Below are positions 1 to 9,517 of a stretch of DNA of 64,000 nucleotides, piece after piece; positions within the stretch are counted from its first letter, which is position 1; the number at the start of each line of letters is the position of its first letter. The stretch is from IMG/VR virus record IMGVR_UViG_3300013094_000025, positions 1 to 64,000 of that record. One strand, written 5' to 3'. The notes under the pieces are model-generated. The model was not told where the DNA came from. It made no database searches and saw only the letters and a list, made by a program, of their open reading frames with translations. The stretch is from a virus. Both the position numbers and the translations under genes were made by a program.

Positions 1-198
1 AATTCTCTTCAGCAGTTAGTTAATGATATGGATAGACCTGGAAGTTTATTTCAAGGTATTTCTAGAGAAACATCTTCTGAAATTATTCGTATTGCTGGTC
101 AAGTTGCCGAATTGTCTGAAATCTTGAAGGGATTTGTTATTAACTCCGCCAAGCGTTCTAGAGATATTGCTGCAGGTGCTGCTGGTAATCAGCGATAA
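1..198 (+). CDS. 3' end of hypothetical protein (partial)
   Basis: Open frame 1 from the window edge (NSLQQLVNDMDRPGSLFQG...AGNQR) to TAA at 196-198; not in the ORF track. Confidence 0.6.
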   Translation, partial: NSLQQLVNDMDRPGSLFQGISRETSSEIIRIAGQVAELSEILKGFVINSAKRSRDIAAGAAGNQR

Positions 199-216
199 AG
201 AGTATATAATAAAGAG

Positions 217-1227
217 GTGGAAGGACTACCTCAAGATTACGTAATTCAAAATCTGTATAGCTTTTGTAAGCGTCCAGTTTACAAAAAGTTTCAAGGTACC
301 TATAATGCTGAATGTTGTATTTGTCATGAAGGTTCGTCAGCAGGTAATAAGAGAAGATTATTTTACTTTCCTTCTGAGCGTTATTTTTATTGCTTTAATT
401 GTTCTCGTTCTTGGTCAGAATTAAATTGGATTCAAGAGGTTACTGGTAAAAGTTATCATGAAGTGTTAAAGGATTCTAAATCATATGACAATGCTGTAAA
501 TTTAGTAACTATGTTATCGGCTGTCGATGATAAAAAAGAATATAACATTCCAAGTATCCCAGAAGATAGTGTAGACTTAACAGATAATAATCAATGTGAT
601 TATTACAAAGGGACAACTCAGTATAAAATACTATCTAAAGCATTAGAATGCTGTAATAAGAGAAAATTATTTACAGCTATTAATCGTCCGTCAAGTCTTT
701 ATATTTCGTTCTCTGATTACGTTCATAAGAATCGTCTTATTATACCATTTTACTCAGATAGTAATAAAATTGAATCTTACCAAAGTAGAAGTTTAAACGG
801 AGATGATTACCCAAAGTATCTTACTAAATTAGGAGATAAGTGTCTGTATGGAGAAAATAATATAGATTTATCTATACCGTACATATTTGTATTTGAAGGA
901 CCAATTGATGCTATGTTTGTAAGGAACGGTGTAGCAATTGGTGGTTCTACATTAACAGAGAAACAAGAAACATTTTTAAATAAATGCTTCGGTCAAGAAA
1001 TTATTTACGTTTACGATAACGATAAAGATAATAAAGAAATGGATAAGAAGATAAAAAGCCTTATCGATAAAAACAAAAAAGTATTTATATGGCCTAAAGA
1101 ATTACAGAAGTTTAAAGATATTAACGAAATATGCTGTCAATTAGACGTTAATGAATTTCCGTATAACTTTATTGTTAATAATTCGTTTTCCGGTATTGAA
1201 GCTAGAATGAAGTTTAAAGCGCTCTAA
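217..1227 (+). CDS. DNA primase, T4 gp61-like
   Basis: N-terminal Zn ribbon (CCICHEG...CFNC), TOPRIM motifs FEGPIDAMF and YDND, KDINE. Confidence 0.93.
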   Translation: MEGLPQDYVIQNLYSFCKRPVYKKFQGTYNAECCICHEGSSAGNKRRLFYFPSERYFYCFNCSRSWSELNWIQEVTGKSYHEVLKDSKSYDNAVNLVTMLSAVDDKKEYNIPSIPEDSVDLTDNNQCDYYKGTTQYKILSKALECCNKRKLFTAINRPSSLYISFSDYVHKNRLIIPFYSDSNKIESYQSRSLNGDDYPKYLTKLGDKCLYGENNIDLSIPYIFVFEGPIDAMFVRNGVAIGGSTLTEKQETFLNKCFGQEIIYVYDNDKDNKEMDKKIKSLIDKNKKVFIWPKELQKFKDINEICCQLDVNEFPYNFIVNNSFSGIEARMKFKAL

Positions 1228-1450
1228 TACAAAAATTAACAGCTTTTAAAAACTTATCTCTATAATTTCTAATAGGTTGAGGAGTTTCAACTTCATTTTC
1301 TTTTAAAGTTTGAAGACGAGAAAATTCTTTTTTTAATGCTGTTTGAAACTCTTCACTAAATTGAATTTGTTTAGGGTAATGAACCCTAGTAACAAACTTC
1401 ATTGTTTGCGGATAAAAACTTTCTACTATTGTATCAAATTTATTATTCAT
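1214..1450 (-). CDS. hypothetical protein, possible head-packaged protein
   Basis: 78 aa ORF starting KFDTIVE; follows the 506 aa ORF after a 4 nt gap. Confidence 0.6.
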   Translation of the reverse strand: MNNKFDTIVESFYPQTMKFVTRVHYPKQIQFSEEFQTALKKEFSRLQTLKENEVETPQPIRNYRDKFLKAVNFCIRAL

Positions 1451-1454
1451 ATTA

Positions 1455-2975
1455 TTACATTGCTAAACCTGCCTTAACACCTCCTATTGCAGCAATACCA
1501 GCTGCAGCATTAGCTCCAGCAGCAAATCTCTCTGAAGCTCCCATACTAGTGCGCTGATACTGAGCAATACGCGCAAATACATTCATAAGATCTTTTGCAC
1601 TTTGATTTGTTGCAGTCATTGTGTTAATTACACCTAATGTAAAAATTTGCGGCTTTGTACCGCTACTATCTGTTATATATAAATTATTTCCTGCAGCGTC
1701 TGTCATAATAGGATTATCAGGATCTGAACAGTCGTGTAAAAAAACAATACCTCGCTTAACAAAATCCATAAATTCATTATCTTTTCTCATTTGTTTAAGA
1801 TAATTTATAATATTAGTAGGTATATCTTTTATATACGCTGCTATACCTATACCGGGTATACCTCCTACTTCATTAAGTATGCTTTCTATTAAAATACTAA
1901 AATTATTATTTGTATTTAACTTTAAAGAACTTGTAAGTAATTTTTTTGTTTTTCTTGGCGGTTTTTCTGGTCTTACGTTTAATGTCTTAATAAAACTATT
2001 CAATGCGCGCGCGTCAATCTTACCGCTATTAAAAAATACATTTATTACTTTATTACCTCGACCACTTACCTTAGTCATTGTATTAATAGCTCCCTGCTGA
2101 ATCATATCTCCGCCACCTCCGCCACGAGAACCTCTCTTAGTTGTCTTTTTAGGGGGCTTAGGCTCACCTGGAGGTGTAGGTTCTGGTTCAGTCTCAGGTG
2201 TTCCTGATTCTGGAGGTGCTGTGTAACATTTTATAGATTCGTAAAATAATCTAGCGTAAACAGCTATTTTTATTATCTCAGATATATATAAATTACCGTC
2301 TACAATCTTTTCAAAATCACCACTAATACTTTTTATACCCGATACATATGCAGGGGTATCATCAAAAATATCATATAATAAGTTGCCAAATGGCTCTCTA
2401 GGTCCCTTAAAGGCGGTTAATCTACTAACAACAGCTGTACGACGATTTATTATTTCTTGAGTAGCAGGTAATATACAAAATCTGTCAATAGTACCTATAG
2501 CTACATCTCCTAGGTCGTCAATTTCTTTTTTTCTTTTTCTTTCAGCTTCCGATATATCAACATGTAAGAATGGTTGAGATTCTCCGTACTGATCATATGT
2601 TAAATCAGTTCTTTTTAACCAATTTGCAATAACGGTATTAATACCAAAATTTGTTAAATTTGAATTGACATTATCAATAAGCTCTATAGAATTACCTGAT
2701 TTAAAACCTTTTGCTAAAAGTGTTTTAGCAAGCCATCTGCATAAATCTACTATCGGTACATAAGCTTGTTTATAGGATTTAGGAGAAATATTAGAACTTG
2801 AAACTAATATAGGGGTGATAGATGAATCTAAATCACCACTAGGCCAACTATCCGTTAATGATGTAATGGTAGGATTAGCTTTATTATAAGCCTTAATAAC
2901 ATCTTTCCACCATTTTGGAGTCGCCGCCGGAGGCCCCTCTAATAGTATTTTAACAGCATCTTCAAAATCAAACAT
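1455..2975 (-). CDS. hypothetical virion/internal protein with Pro/Lys/Gly-rich linker
   Basis: 506 aa ORF; N-terminal KILLE and internal ILIESILNE motifs; TAAATA motif upstream. Confidence 0.7.
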   Translation of the reverse strand: MFDFEDAVKILLEGPPAATPKWWKDVIKAYNKANPTITSLTDSWPSGDLDSSITPILVSSSNISPKSYKQAYVPIVDLCRWLAKTLLAKGFKSGNSIELIDNVNSNLTNFGINTVIANWLKRTDLTYDQYGESQPFLHVDISEAERKRKKEIDDLGDVAIGTIDRFCILPATQEIINRRTAVVSRLTAFKGPREPFGNLLYDIFDDTPAYVSGIKSISGDFEKIVDGNLYISEIIKIAVYARLFYESIKCYTAPPESGTPETEPEPTPPGEPKPPKKTTKRGSRGGGGGDMIQQGAINTMTKVSGRGNKVINVFFNSGKIDARALNSFIKTLNVRPEKPPRKTKKLLTSSLKLNTNNNFSILIESILNEVGGIPGIGIAAYIKDIPTNIINYLKQMRKDNEFMDFVKRGIVFLHDCSDPDNPIMTDAAGNNLYITDSSGTKPQIFTLGVINTMTATNQSAKDLMNVFARIAQYQRTSMGASERFAAGANAAAGIAAIGGVKAGLAM

Positions 2976-3033
2976 AACTATATATTATTTAATGCAAATT
3001 AAAAAGAAAACATTATAGAATAAATAATATATA

Positions 3034-3669
3034 ATGAATAAAGATGCTCAATTAATAGCTGAAGCTTATGAAAGTATTTATAGAAATCAAGTAGATGAAA
3101 GTTTTAGAGGAGCCTTAGCTGGAGCCGCTATGGGATTAATGAGTTTATTTAGCGGTCAACAAGCTCAGAGTCAAATACAGCAGCCTCCAACAACATCTGA
3201 AGTAGTACCTCAACATCAAATTGATAATAGTACAGCAGCGGGATTAAAAGTACTCGCCGGAGCTGCTAATCAAGCTAATGCTATTCAAGCCCAATATAAT
3301 AAAGATTGGCAGGCGTCAATGGACGCAACTAAAAATGATCCTAATTGGAAAAATTATACTACTGATCAAAAGAAAACAGACGATATAACTCAAAAATATC
3401 ATGCTGATTTAACAGCATTAAGAAATAATTTAAAACAACAGTTTAATTTAGACGATAATAAATTTGAACGTCTTATTAGTTATGCTACAAATTATCAACC
3501 TGATACTTATAAAGGTTTAATGAAATTAAGCTTAGCTACCTCAACCGCTAATTCAAAAGCAGGTCTTAATCAGTGGGTGGATACAGTTGTTAATAATTCT
3601 CGAGAAGATCTTGCTAATGATATTAAACAAATTAATCAAGTAACTAAGGGTATTCAGCCTTCTCGTTAA
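3034..3669 (+). CDS. hypothetical protein, possible head-packaged protein with hydrophobic segment
   Basis: MNKDAQLIAEAYE start; GALAGAAMGLMSLF segment; TAAATA at 3021-3026. Confidence 0.7.
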   Translation: MNKDAQLIAEAYESIYRNQVDESFRGALAGAAMGLMSLFSGQQAQSQIQQPPTTSEVVPQHQIDNSTAAGLKVLAGAANQANAIQAQYNKDWQASMDATKNDPNWKNYTTDQKKTDDITQKYHADLTALRNNLKQQFNLDDNKFERLISYATNYQPDTYKGLMKLSLATSTANSKAGLNQWVDTVVNNSREDLANDIKQINQVTKGIQPSR

Positions 3670-4295
3670 GTATAAATTAATGACGGAGTTTCTTCTCCGT
3701 AAGCTCTACCGTCTTGTTGAACGTATAATTTGACCTGCTCAACTCGTAAATCAGGTGGTCCTTCTAAAGAGATAATAGCCGGACAATCTTCTCTAGGAAA
3801 GAAAACAGCATCTCCTCTTTCATAGGCAGCAACTAAAGCTCCAAAGATATTATCAATTTCCTCACGATAAACTGGATCAATATCTCTACCTTTACGTTTT
3901 TCTAAAGGAATCTCCTGTCTTAACGGTAGATAAAAAATTACATCAAACGATTTTAAAGATTCTTGAACCAAGAATTTTGTATTTACAATAAAGTCATCAG
4001 ATACTTTACCCTTAGCATTAAGCCAAATACTATAAACAATATTATCTAATACGCAACGATCAAAAATAATGTCCTTTCCATCGTTAGCACTAGCATGTTG
4101 TAACTCATCAATTAAAGCATCGAGTATAATTCGTTGACTTTCTTCATTACCTTTTTGATTAAGTTTAAGCTTCTTTTCAGAAATTATATCTCTATAAGTC
4201 TTACTTGGCTGTTTGTACATAGGCCAAGTTTCTAAAAATTTTTTAATAAAGGTACTCTTTCCGTTACACTGAGTACCAACAATAGCTATCTTCAT
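3666..4295 (-). CDS. P-loop nucleotide kinase (dNMP/thymidylate kinase-like, AAA_28/NadR type)
   Basis: MKIAIVGTQCNGKST Walker A and IIFDRCVLD motif. Start moved to ATG 4295, directly after queE. Confidence 0.8.
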   Translation of the reverse strand: MKIAIVGTQCNGKSTFIKKFLETWPMYKQPSKTYRDIISEKKLKLNQKGNEESQRIILDALIDELQHASANDGKDIIFDRCVLDNIVYSIWLNAKGKVSDDFIVNTKFLVQESLKSFDVIFYLPLRQEIPLEKRKGRDIDPVYREEIDNIFGALVAAYERGDAVFFPREDCPAIISLEGPPDLRVEQVKLYVQQDGRAYGEETPSLIYT

Positions 4296-4296
4296 A

Positions 4297-5055
4297 TTAT
4301 ACTTTAAGTGCTTTATTCCAAATGAGCAACTGTAAACGAGGACTAAAGTTAACGTGAAGAGCTTTAGCATATTCTGCTACTGCTGGCGCATTCTTAACAT
4401 GTTCTTCCCTAGATCCGCAACAGGGCATAAACCAAATACGACTTAACGGTACATTAATACCCTCTTTATCATTTACATATTTACGCCAGATCTCATCAAT
4501 ATCTTCAGAACAATTAATAACAAACTTAAACCCGGATTTATTCTTTACATGCCACTTTAATACTTCTGGCTTATAAGTCTTTTCTTCTGGATCTCCGTTT
4601 GAAGTAAGTTTAGGTGATGTAGTGAATGTAGCCCTATGAGAGCTAATCCACATGCTATCCGGAATTAATGTAGCATTAGTTTCAAAATCAATACGAGGTA
4701 CAAACTCGTATCTTACACTAAATGCTTCAATAAACTTAAGAAGTTGCTTCTCTTGAATAAGAGGCTCCCCACCTGTAAGCTTTAAGATAGCTTTATTACG
4801 AAGATGTTCAATATAGTTATTATCTTCCATCATCTTAAAGATTTCGTCAAATGTCATCTTATTCTTTACTGACCAAGAAATAAACGAATCACAACCATTA
4901 GGTGAATCCTCAGATGCAAATCCTTTACACGTTAGGTTACACATTGACATACGCATAAAGACAGAAGGTACTCCTACGTACTCTCCTTCACCTTCAATTG
5001 TATAAAATACTTTATCGTCAGATAAAAATAATGTTTCAGTATCAGTTTTAATCAT
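4297..5055 (-). CDS. queE: 7-carboxy-7-deazaguanine synthase (radical SAM)
   Basis: FYTIEGEG..G.PSVFMR, CNLTC...CDS, LTGGEPL, FETNAT, SPK and SPRLQ motifs; adjacent to queD. Confidence 0.92.
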   Translation of the reverse strand: MIKTDTETLFLSDDKVFYTIEGEGEYVGVPSVFMRMSMCNLTCKGFASEDSPNGCDSFISWSVKNKMTFDEIFKMMEDNNYIEHLRNKAILKLTGGEPLIQEKQLLKFIEAFSVRYEFVPRIDFETNATLIPDSMWISSHRATFTTSPKLTSNGDPEEKTYKPEVLKWHVKNKSGFKFVINCSEDIDEIWRKYVNDKEGINVPLSRIWFMPCCGSREEHVKNAPAVAEYAKALHVNFSPRLQLLIWNKALKV

Positions 5056-5056
5056 A

Positions 5057-5509
5057 TTATTCAAAATAAATTGCTGAGTTGTTTTCGTGTTCAAAGACTT
5101 CAACTTTATCTACCCAGCAACGACCGTTAGTTTCAATCTTAATAAAATCATTAGCTATATTATAGCACCATTCAGCAGTTTTTTCAATACCTACTGCTTC
5201 CATAATTCTAAGCTGACATCCTCGTTGATTATTAAGCTCTTGCCAAAAAGGTAACAAAGGATCATCTTGAGCTACACAAAGGGTATGATCGAACTGATCA
5301 GTAAGTTTTTTCTTAAGATCTTTAATACCTCCAAAATCTACAATCCAGTTCTTATCATCAAGCTCCTTACCGGCAAAATAAAACTTAGCCTTAAGCTGAT
5401 AACCGTGAATATACTGACAATGACTATGTACAGCTCTCCACTGACGGAAAGCACATGAACCTAGTTCAATTATTTTAGTACTCTGCCAAGTAGGTTGTAT
5501 AATATGCAT
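5057..5509 (-). CDS. queD: 6-carboxytetrahydropterin synthase
   Basis: HSHCQYIHGY, WIVDFGG, FDH and VEVFEHENNSA T-fold motifs. Confidence 0.9.
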   Translation of the reverse strand: MHIIQPTWQSTKIIELGSCAFRQWRAVHSHCQYIHGYQLKAKFYFAGKELDDKNWIVDFGGIKDLKKKLTDQFDHTLCVAQDDPLLPFWQELNNQRGCQLRIMEAVGIEKTAEWCYNIANDFIKIETNGRCWVDKVEVFEHENNSAIYFE

Positions 5510-5510
5510 A

Positions 5511-5621
5511 CTATCTCTTCTTTTTTGTTTTAATTGTTTTTGTAATAGTAACTGTCTTACGAACGGTTATAGGCCCTTTTGTTATTGATGATACTCTTCT
5601 TTTTGTAGTCTTTGTTGTCAT
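5511..5621 (-). CDS. 36 aa Lys/Arg/Thr-rich basic peptide (not in ORF track)
   Basis: MTTKTTKRRVSSITKGPITVRKTVTITKTIKTKKKR*; ATGA overlap with the upstream stop; ends 1 nt before the queD start. Confidence 0.65.
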   Translation of the reverse strand: MTTKTTKRRVSSITKGPITVRKTVTITKTIKTKKKR

Positions 5622-5920
5622 GCTTTTTCTAAATTTAATGTCTTAATCAATTTATTAAATGTAGCAAGAACTTCTTTTGACCAACTATCTTCATAATTTT
5701 GTTCTTCATAAAAACAAATTTTATCCAATTTAACATTATCATTACAAGCTGATTTTAATTCTTTTGCTAAATTAATCATATCAGTAAAATCCTTCTCTTC
5801 CCACTCCGCACCTATATTTACAGATGAAGAAAAAAGAAGAGCTTCAATTAAATGACCTATCTTCTTTTTATCGAGAGTTAAATTTACTGAGCTATTATTT
5901 TCTTCGTTTGTAGGGCTCAT
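5618..5920 (-). CDS. hypothetical protein
   Basis: 100 aa ORF heading the queD/queE run. Confidence 0.65.
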   Translation of the reverse strand: MSPTNEENNSSVNLTLDKKKIGHLIEALLFSSSVNIGAEWEEKDFTDMINLAKELKSACNDNVKLDKICFYEEQNYEDSWSKEVLATFNKLIKTLNLEKA

Positions 5921-5945
5921 ACAAACATAATACTATAATATAAGA

Positions 5946-7499
5946 TTAGTTCAACTGTTTACCGAGCTTATTAACAAATATATTATAGATATTTTGATCA
6001 AAGTGACCGATAGTTTCTATAACCATACGCTTACGTTTCTTTTCATCAGATATTCTAAACATGTCTCTAAATTCTGAAGCACTATTCATCATGTGCCCGT
6101 CTATATCAAAAGTTACATTACCCGGGGCGTAGATATAACCATGACCTCCCTTTTCATTAAAAGGATCCATTTCATTAATATCTTTATACGGTTGAAAGTA
6201 AGATTTATCCCCGCTTCTTGTATTTTTAAAATTAAAACGCGGGTCTGTTTTCATATCCTTCAAGCCAACTAAAAATATAACTCTATCGACATCAGGATTA
6301 TAATGTTCAAGAATTTCTACAGGTTTGTAAGGAATTCGAGTTTCAATAATTTCATTCTCAGGTATTCCACAAGCATGAATAATTTGTTTTTTTTCGTTAA
6401 AATCAAATGGATACTTACTTGGATCTTTTAGAGCATCTTTACTTGTATTACTTGCTGTAGCTATATAAAATTTAGCTGACGGAAATTCATGTTTTGCTCT
6501 TTCGTAGTAGTGGGCGTGACCTTTATGAAAGGGTTGAAAGCGCCCGGCAAATATAACTATTAAATTAAAACCGATACCTTCAGATTCAGTAAAGAATTTT
6601 GAAAATGATTTATTAATATTAAAAAGAGGTTTAACTCTAGATTCAGCTAAACGCTGGGTTACTAATTTAATAGCTCTTTCTTTATTATCACCTTTAGGTG
6701 TTCCTACCTCTCCAGACTTTACACTTACCATACCTTTAAAGATTCCTGCTACACGTTTCTTTGATCTAGGATTTTTTAATTTTGTAGCGATCTCATTTAA
6801 TAGTTCCTCAAAAGAACCATCTATATTAAAATTTTGAAGTAAACGTTCTACTAAGTTCCAGTCAGCAGAGCTCCAAACTATTTCCCTAGATAATTCTTTA
6901 AAGTTTTCTAATTTTACTTTTCGTAAAGATAAGTTAACCGAGCTTAAATTAAATTCATACTCTTCACCTTTCTGTAAAGCCGGTAAATTATTAATACCTA
7001 AACGGCGAAAAACAGCCTTAGACTCTTCTTCAAGTAAAACTGTTTTAACTAATCCTATAAGAAGACCTTGTTTTTCTGCAGGTAGGTCTAAGAAATTATT
7101 TTTAAAATTATGTTCTTCCTCTGATAAAGCTATAATGTTATCAACTTGAATGTACTGACCGGGTTCTCCTGTTATAGGGAATAAAACTGATATAAGCTCT
7201 CCGGAATTATAATATCTTCTACCAGTATATTTCGGACTTTTAAAAGGTACTATAAGACTAGTAGGTAAAGAAGTTACAGAATCAATAATTTGTTGTTTAA
7301 CTTCTTGTTTATTATCACCTTTAAAGGACACAATTATATCTAAATCTCCAAAATCTGCCTTAGCCCCTGTTTTTATACTACCAGATAAAGTAGCGTTAAT
7401 AAAGCCGGGTATTTTTTTAAGTACAAGTTTAACATAATCGTTAAATGTACTTTGTACATCTTCTCTTTTAATGCGATTTCCACCCGCTACGCCACTCAC
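5946..7499 (-). CDS. Pol-beta-fold nucleotidyltransferase fused to HxGH (cytidylyl/adenylyltransferase-like) domain
   Basis: N-terminal LSGSIKTGAKADFGDLDII and IQVDNI; C-terminal FAGRFQPFHKGH, VGLKD and SASEFR. Confidence 0.75.
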   Translation of the reverse strand: MSGVAGGNRIKREDVQSTFNDYVKLVLKKIPGFINATLSGSIKTGAKADFGDLDIIVSFKGDNKQEVKQQIIDSVTSLPTSLIVPFKSPKYTGRRYYNSGELISVLFPITGEPGQYIQVDNIIALSEEEHNFKNNFLDLPAEKQGLLIGLVKTVLLEEESKAVFRRLGINNLPALQKGEEYEFNLSSVNLSLRKVKLENFKELSREIVWSSADWNLVERLLQNFNIDGSFEELLNEIATKLKNPRSKKRVAGIFKGMVSVKSGEVGTPKGDNKERAIKLVTQRLAESRVKPLFNINKSFSKFFTESEGIGFNLIVIFAGRFQPFHKGHAHYYERAKHEFPSAKFYIATASNTSKDALKDPSKYPFDFNEKKQIIHACGIPENEIIETRIPYKPVEILEHYNPDVDRVIFLVGLKDMKTDPRFNFKNTRSGDKSYFQPYKDINEMDPFNEKGGHGYIYAPGNVTFDIDGHMMNSASEFRDMFRISDEKKRKRMVIETIGHFDQNIYNIFVNKLGKQLN

Positions 7500-8152
7500 G
7501 ATACGCGATCCTCCTTATACTTCCATATAAAACCGTATATAGATTTTCTTTTACCATTGCAGCATTCAGTTATTGATGCCCCGCTCTGTTTACCTAGTGT
7601 AGTCCCAGCGCTTCTAGCGCTTAACCACTCTCTTACTAGACGACCTGCTTTTGTAAATTGTAAAACATTTTTATTAACGGTGCATACTCTTCTACACGTA
7701 ATACTTCTTTTTTTATTTGATTCGGGTGTTTGTATTACTATACCTTTTGTTCCTTTATTCCAAGGGGTGCAACCTTTTTTAAAACTTGTTTTATTAGCTT
7801 TGCGCTGCACTGTAGAGTTTTTTTGAGATATTGATTGTCTTTTTTTTGTGTCTTCAGATAAAAAACCAGATTTATCATTAGTTTTTGTTAATCTGCAATT
7901 TAAGCCTTTATTACCCAAAACATTATAATATTCCTGCCAATACCTTTCTCGTAAATTTAAATTTTTTATATTACATTCTTCAACTATTTCAAATTTATGA
8001 TTTAAATATCCGTGTTTTATTAAAGAATTATATAGTCTACGTTGAGTTTTACATTTTAAAAATCTGTAACTTGTAAATCTTTTTTTAAAGTTTACTGTCT
8101 GTCCTATATAAACTCTACCTTTAGGATTTGTTATTTTGTAAATACCACTCAT
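7496..8152 (-). mobile_element. free-standing GIY-YIG homing endonuclease with NUMOD-type DNA-binding tail
   Basis: SGIYKITN...VYIGQT, RERYW, PWNKG and SITECCNGKRKSIYGFIWKY motifs; 4 nt overlaps with both neighbours. Confidence 0.88.
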
Positions 8153-9108
8153 ACTTTATATTTTATAAGATTTGAATTATCAGGTAAGAATTTACCTTTT
8201 AAATTTAACCTTTGCTGATTATCTATCCAGTACTGCTGAAGGTCATCAGGGATATCAGCTCTAGTACTGTCTAAAATTTTAAGATATGTATCAAAAACGG
8301 CGTGAAGATCTTCTTCACTAAGATCACGTTTAAGAACATCAATTAACGTATGATAATCCCCTACAGTTTCTTTGTTAAGATGAATATTATAAAGATTATT
8401 TAAAAGTTCAATTGCTTCTTTAGGATTGTTAGCGGCGATTTCTTGAGTTTCTTTATTTTTAACTCCGTAGTTATGAGAAAATGTGTAACCTTTATGTGAG
8501 AAAAGAGATACTAATAACTGAGTACGATGAAGACCTTTTACATTACCTTGATAAGTAGCAGAATGATAAGCAAATGTTAACCAATCGACATTACCAACAT
8601 TAATATCAATTTGAACTCTCTTATCTAACTGATTACCCTTACTATCAAATTGAGGAAATTGACAAAATAACGCTCCGGCTCCACTACCCTTAACATCAGT
8701 AACAATATCAGTATTTGAAGCTACAATTTTCTCAGCTATAGCAACAATAACAGCTCTCTTCATCAATATTTCCTCTGTAGCAGTTTTTGCTTTCTTTTTA
8801 AAAGTAGTAAATAATTCTTCTACTCTATTCTTATCTAATCCCCAATCATTAATATCTTTGAATGAATCTTCTGATAAAGCTAAATCAATATCTCCGGAAA
8901 TCTCTTTTTTTCCTACAGATCCTAAAGTACGAATTCCTTCAAAATGAAGCCTAGCTTCAGGAAATATTTCACCAAATTGTTTAAAAAATTCTTTTAAAGT
9001 AGGCTGAATATCTTCTTTCTTAATAGGAGAGGAAGCTTCAAAAACATTACCTCCTTCACTAAGAAGACTAACGGTCTTATAGTAATTACTAAAAGAAAAC
9101 TGTAACAT
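8149..9108 (-). CDS. Pol-beta-fold nucleotidyltransferase
   Basis: LGSVGKKEISGDIDLAL and VQIDIN; N-terminal LLSE|GGNVF; paralog of 5946..7499. Confidence 0.75.
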   Translation of the reverse strand: MLQFSFSNYYKTVSLLSEGGNVFEASSPIKKEDIQPTLKEFFKQFGEIFPEARLHFEGIRTLGSVGKKEISGDIDLALSEDSFKDINDWGLDKNRVEELFTTFKKKAKTATEEILMKRAVIVAIAEKIVASNTDIVTDVKGSGAGALFCQFPQFDSKGNQLDKRVQIDINVGNVDWLTFAYHSATYQGNVKGLHRTQLLVSLFSHKGYTFSHNYGVKNKETQEIAANNPKEAIELLNNLYNIHLNKETVGDYHTLIDVLKRDLSEEDLHAVFDTYLKILDSTRADIPDDLQQYWIDNQQRLNLKGKFLPDNSNLIKYKV

Positions 9109-9114
9109 ATAATG

Positions 9115-9456
9115 TTACTTATTAACTATAGGTGTAAGTTGTAATCCTTTTTGCTTTAAAGCATCAGCAACTTGCTGAGTAGTCTTAGCATTAACTAAAT
9201 CTTGTCCTACAGGATGTTTTAAAGGATCAATAGGAGGCTGAGCAGGTTGAGATTTATTTTGTTGCTGATTGTTATTGTTAATTGAATTTGGAGTTCCAGG
9301 AGGAGCAGTAGTAGAGGCAGTAGTAGGATTAGCTCCAGTAGGAGAGGGAGAAGGTGCTAAAGTAGTATTACCAGCAGCAGGATTAGTTCCAGCAGGAGGA
9401 GTAGGTTGATTATAATCTTCCCAAAGAGTATTTAAGAGGTTTTCGAACTTAGACAT
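9115..9456 (-). CDS. Pro/Thr/Gln-rich hypothetical protein, possibly head-packaged
   Basis: MSKFENLLNTLWE start; low-complexity body; TAAATA upstream. Confidence 0.65.
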   Translation of the reverse strand: MSKFENLLNTLWEDYNQPTPPAGTNPAAGNTTLAPSPSPTGANPTTASTTAPPGTPNSINNNNQQQNKSQPAQPPIDPLKHPVGQDLVNAKTTQQVADALKQKGLQLTPIVNK

Positions 9457-9517
9457 ATAAAGTATTTAAGCTCTTTTAAAGCACATTTGTAAGGGGCCGT
9501 AAAAGCTTTTAATCAAT

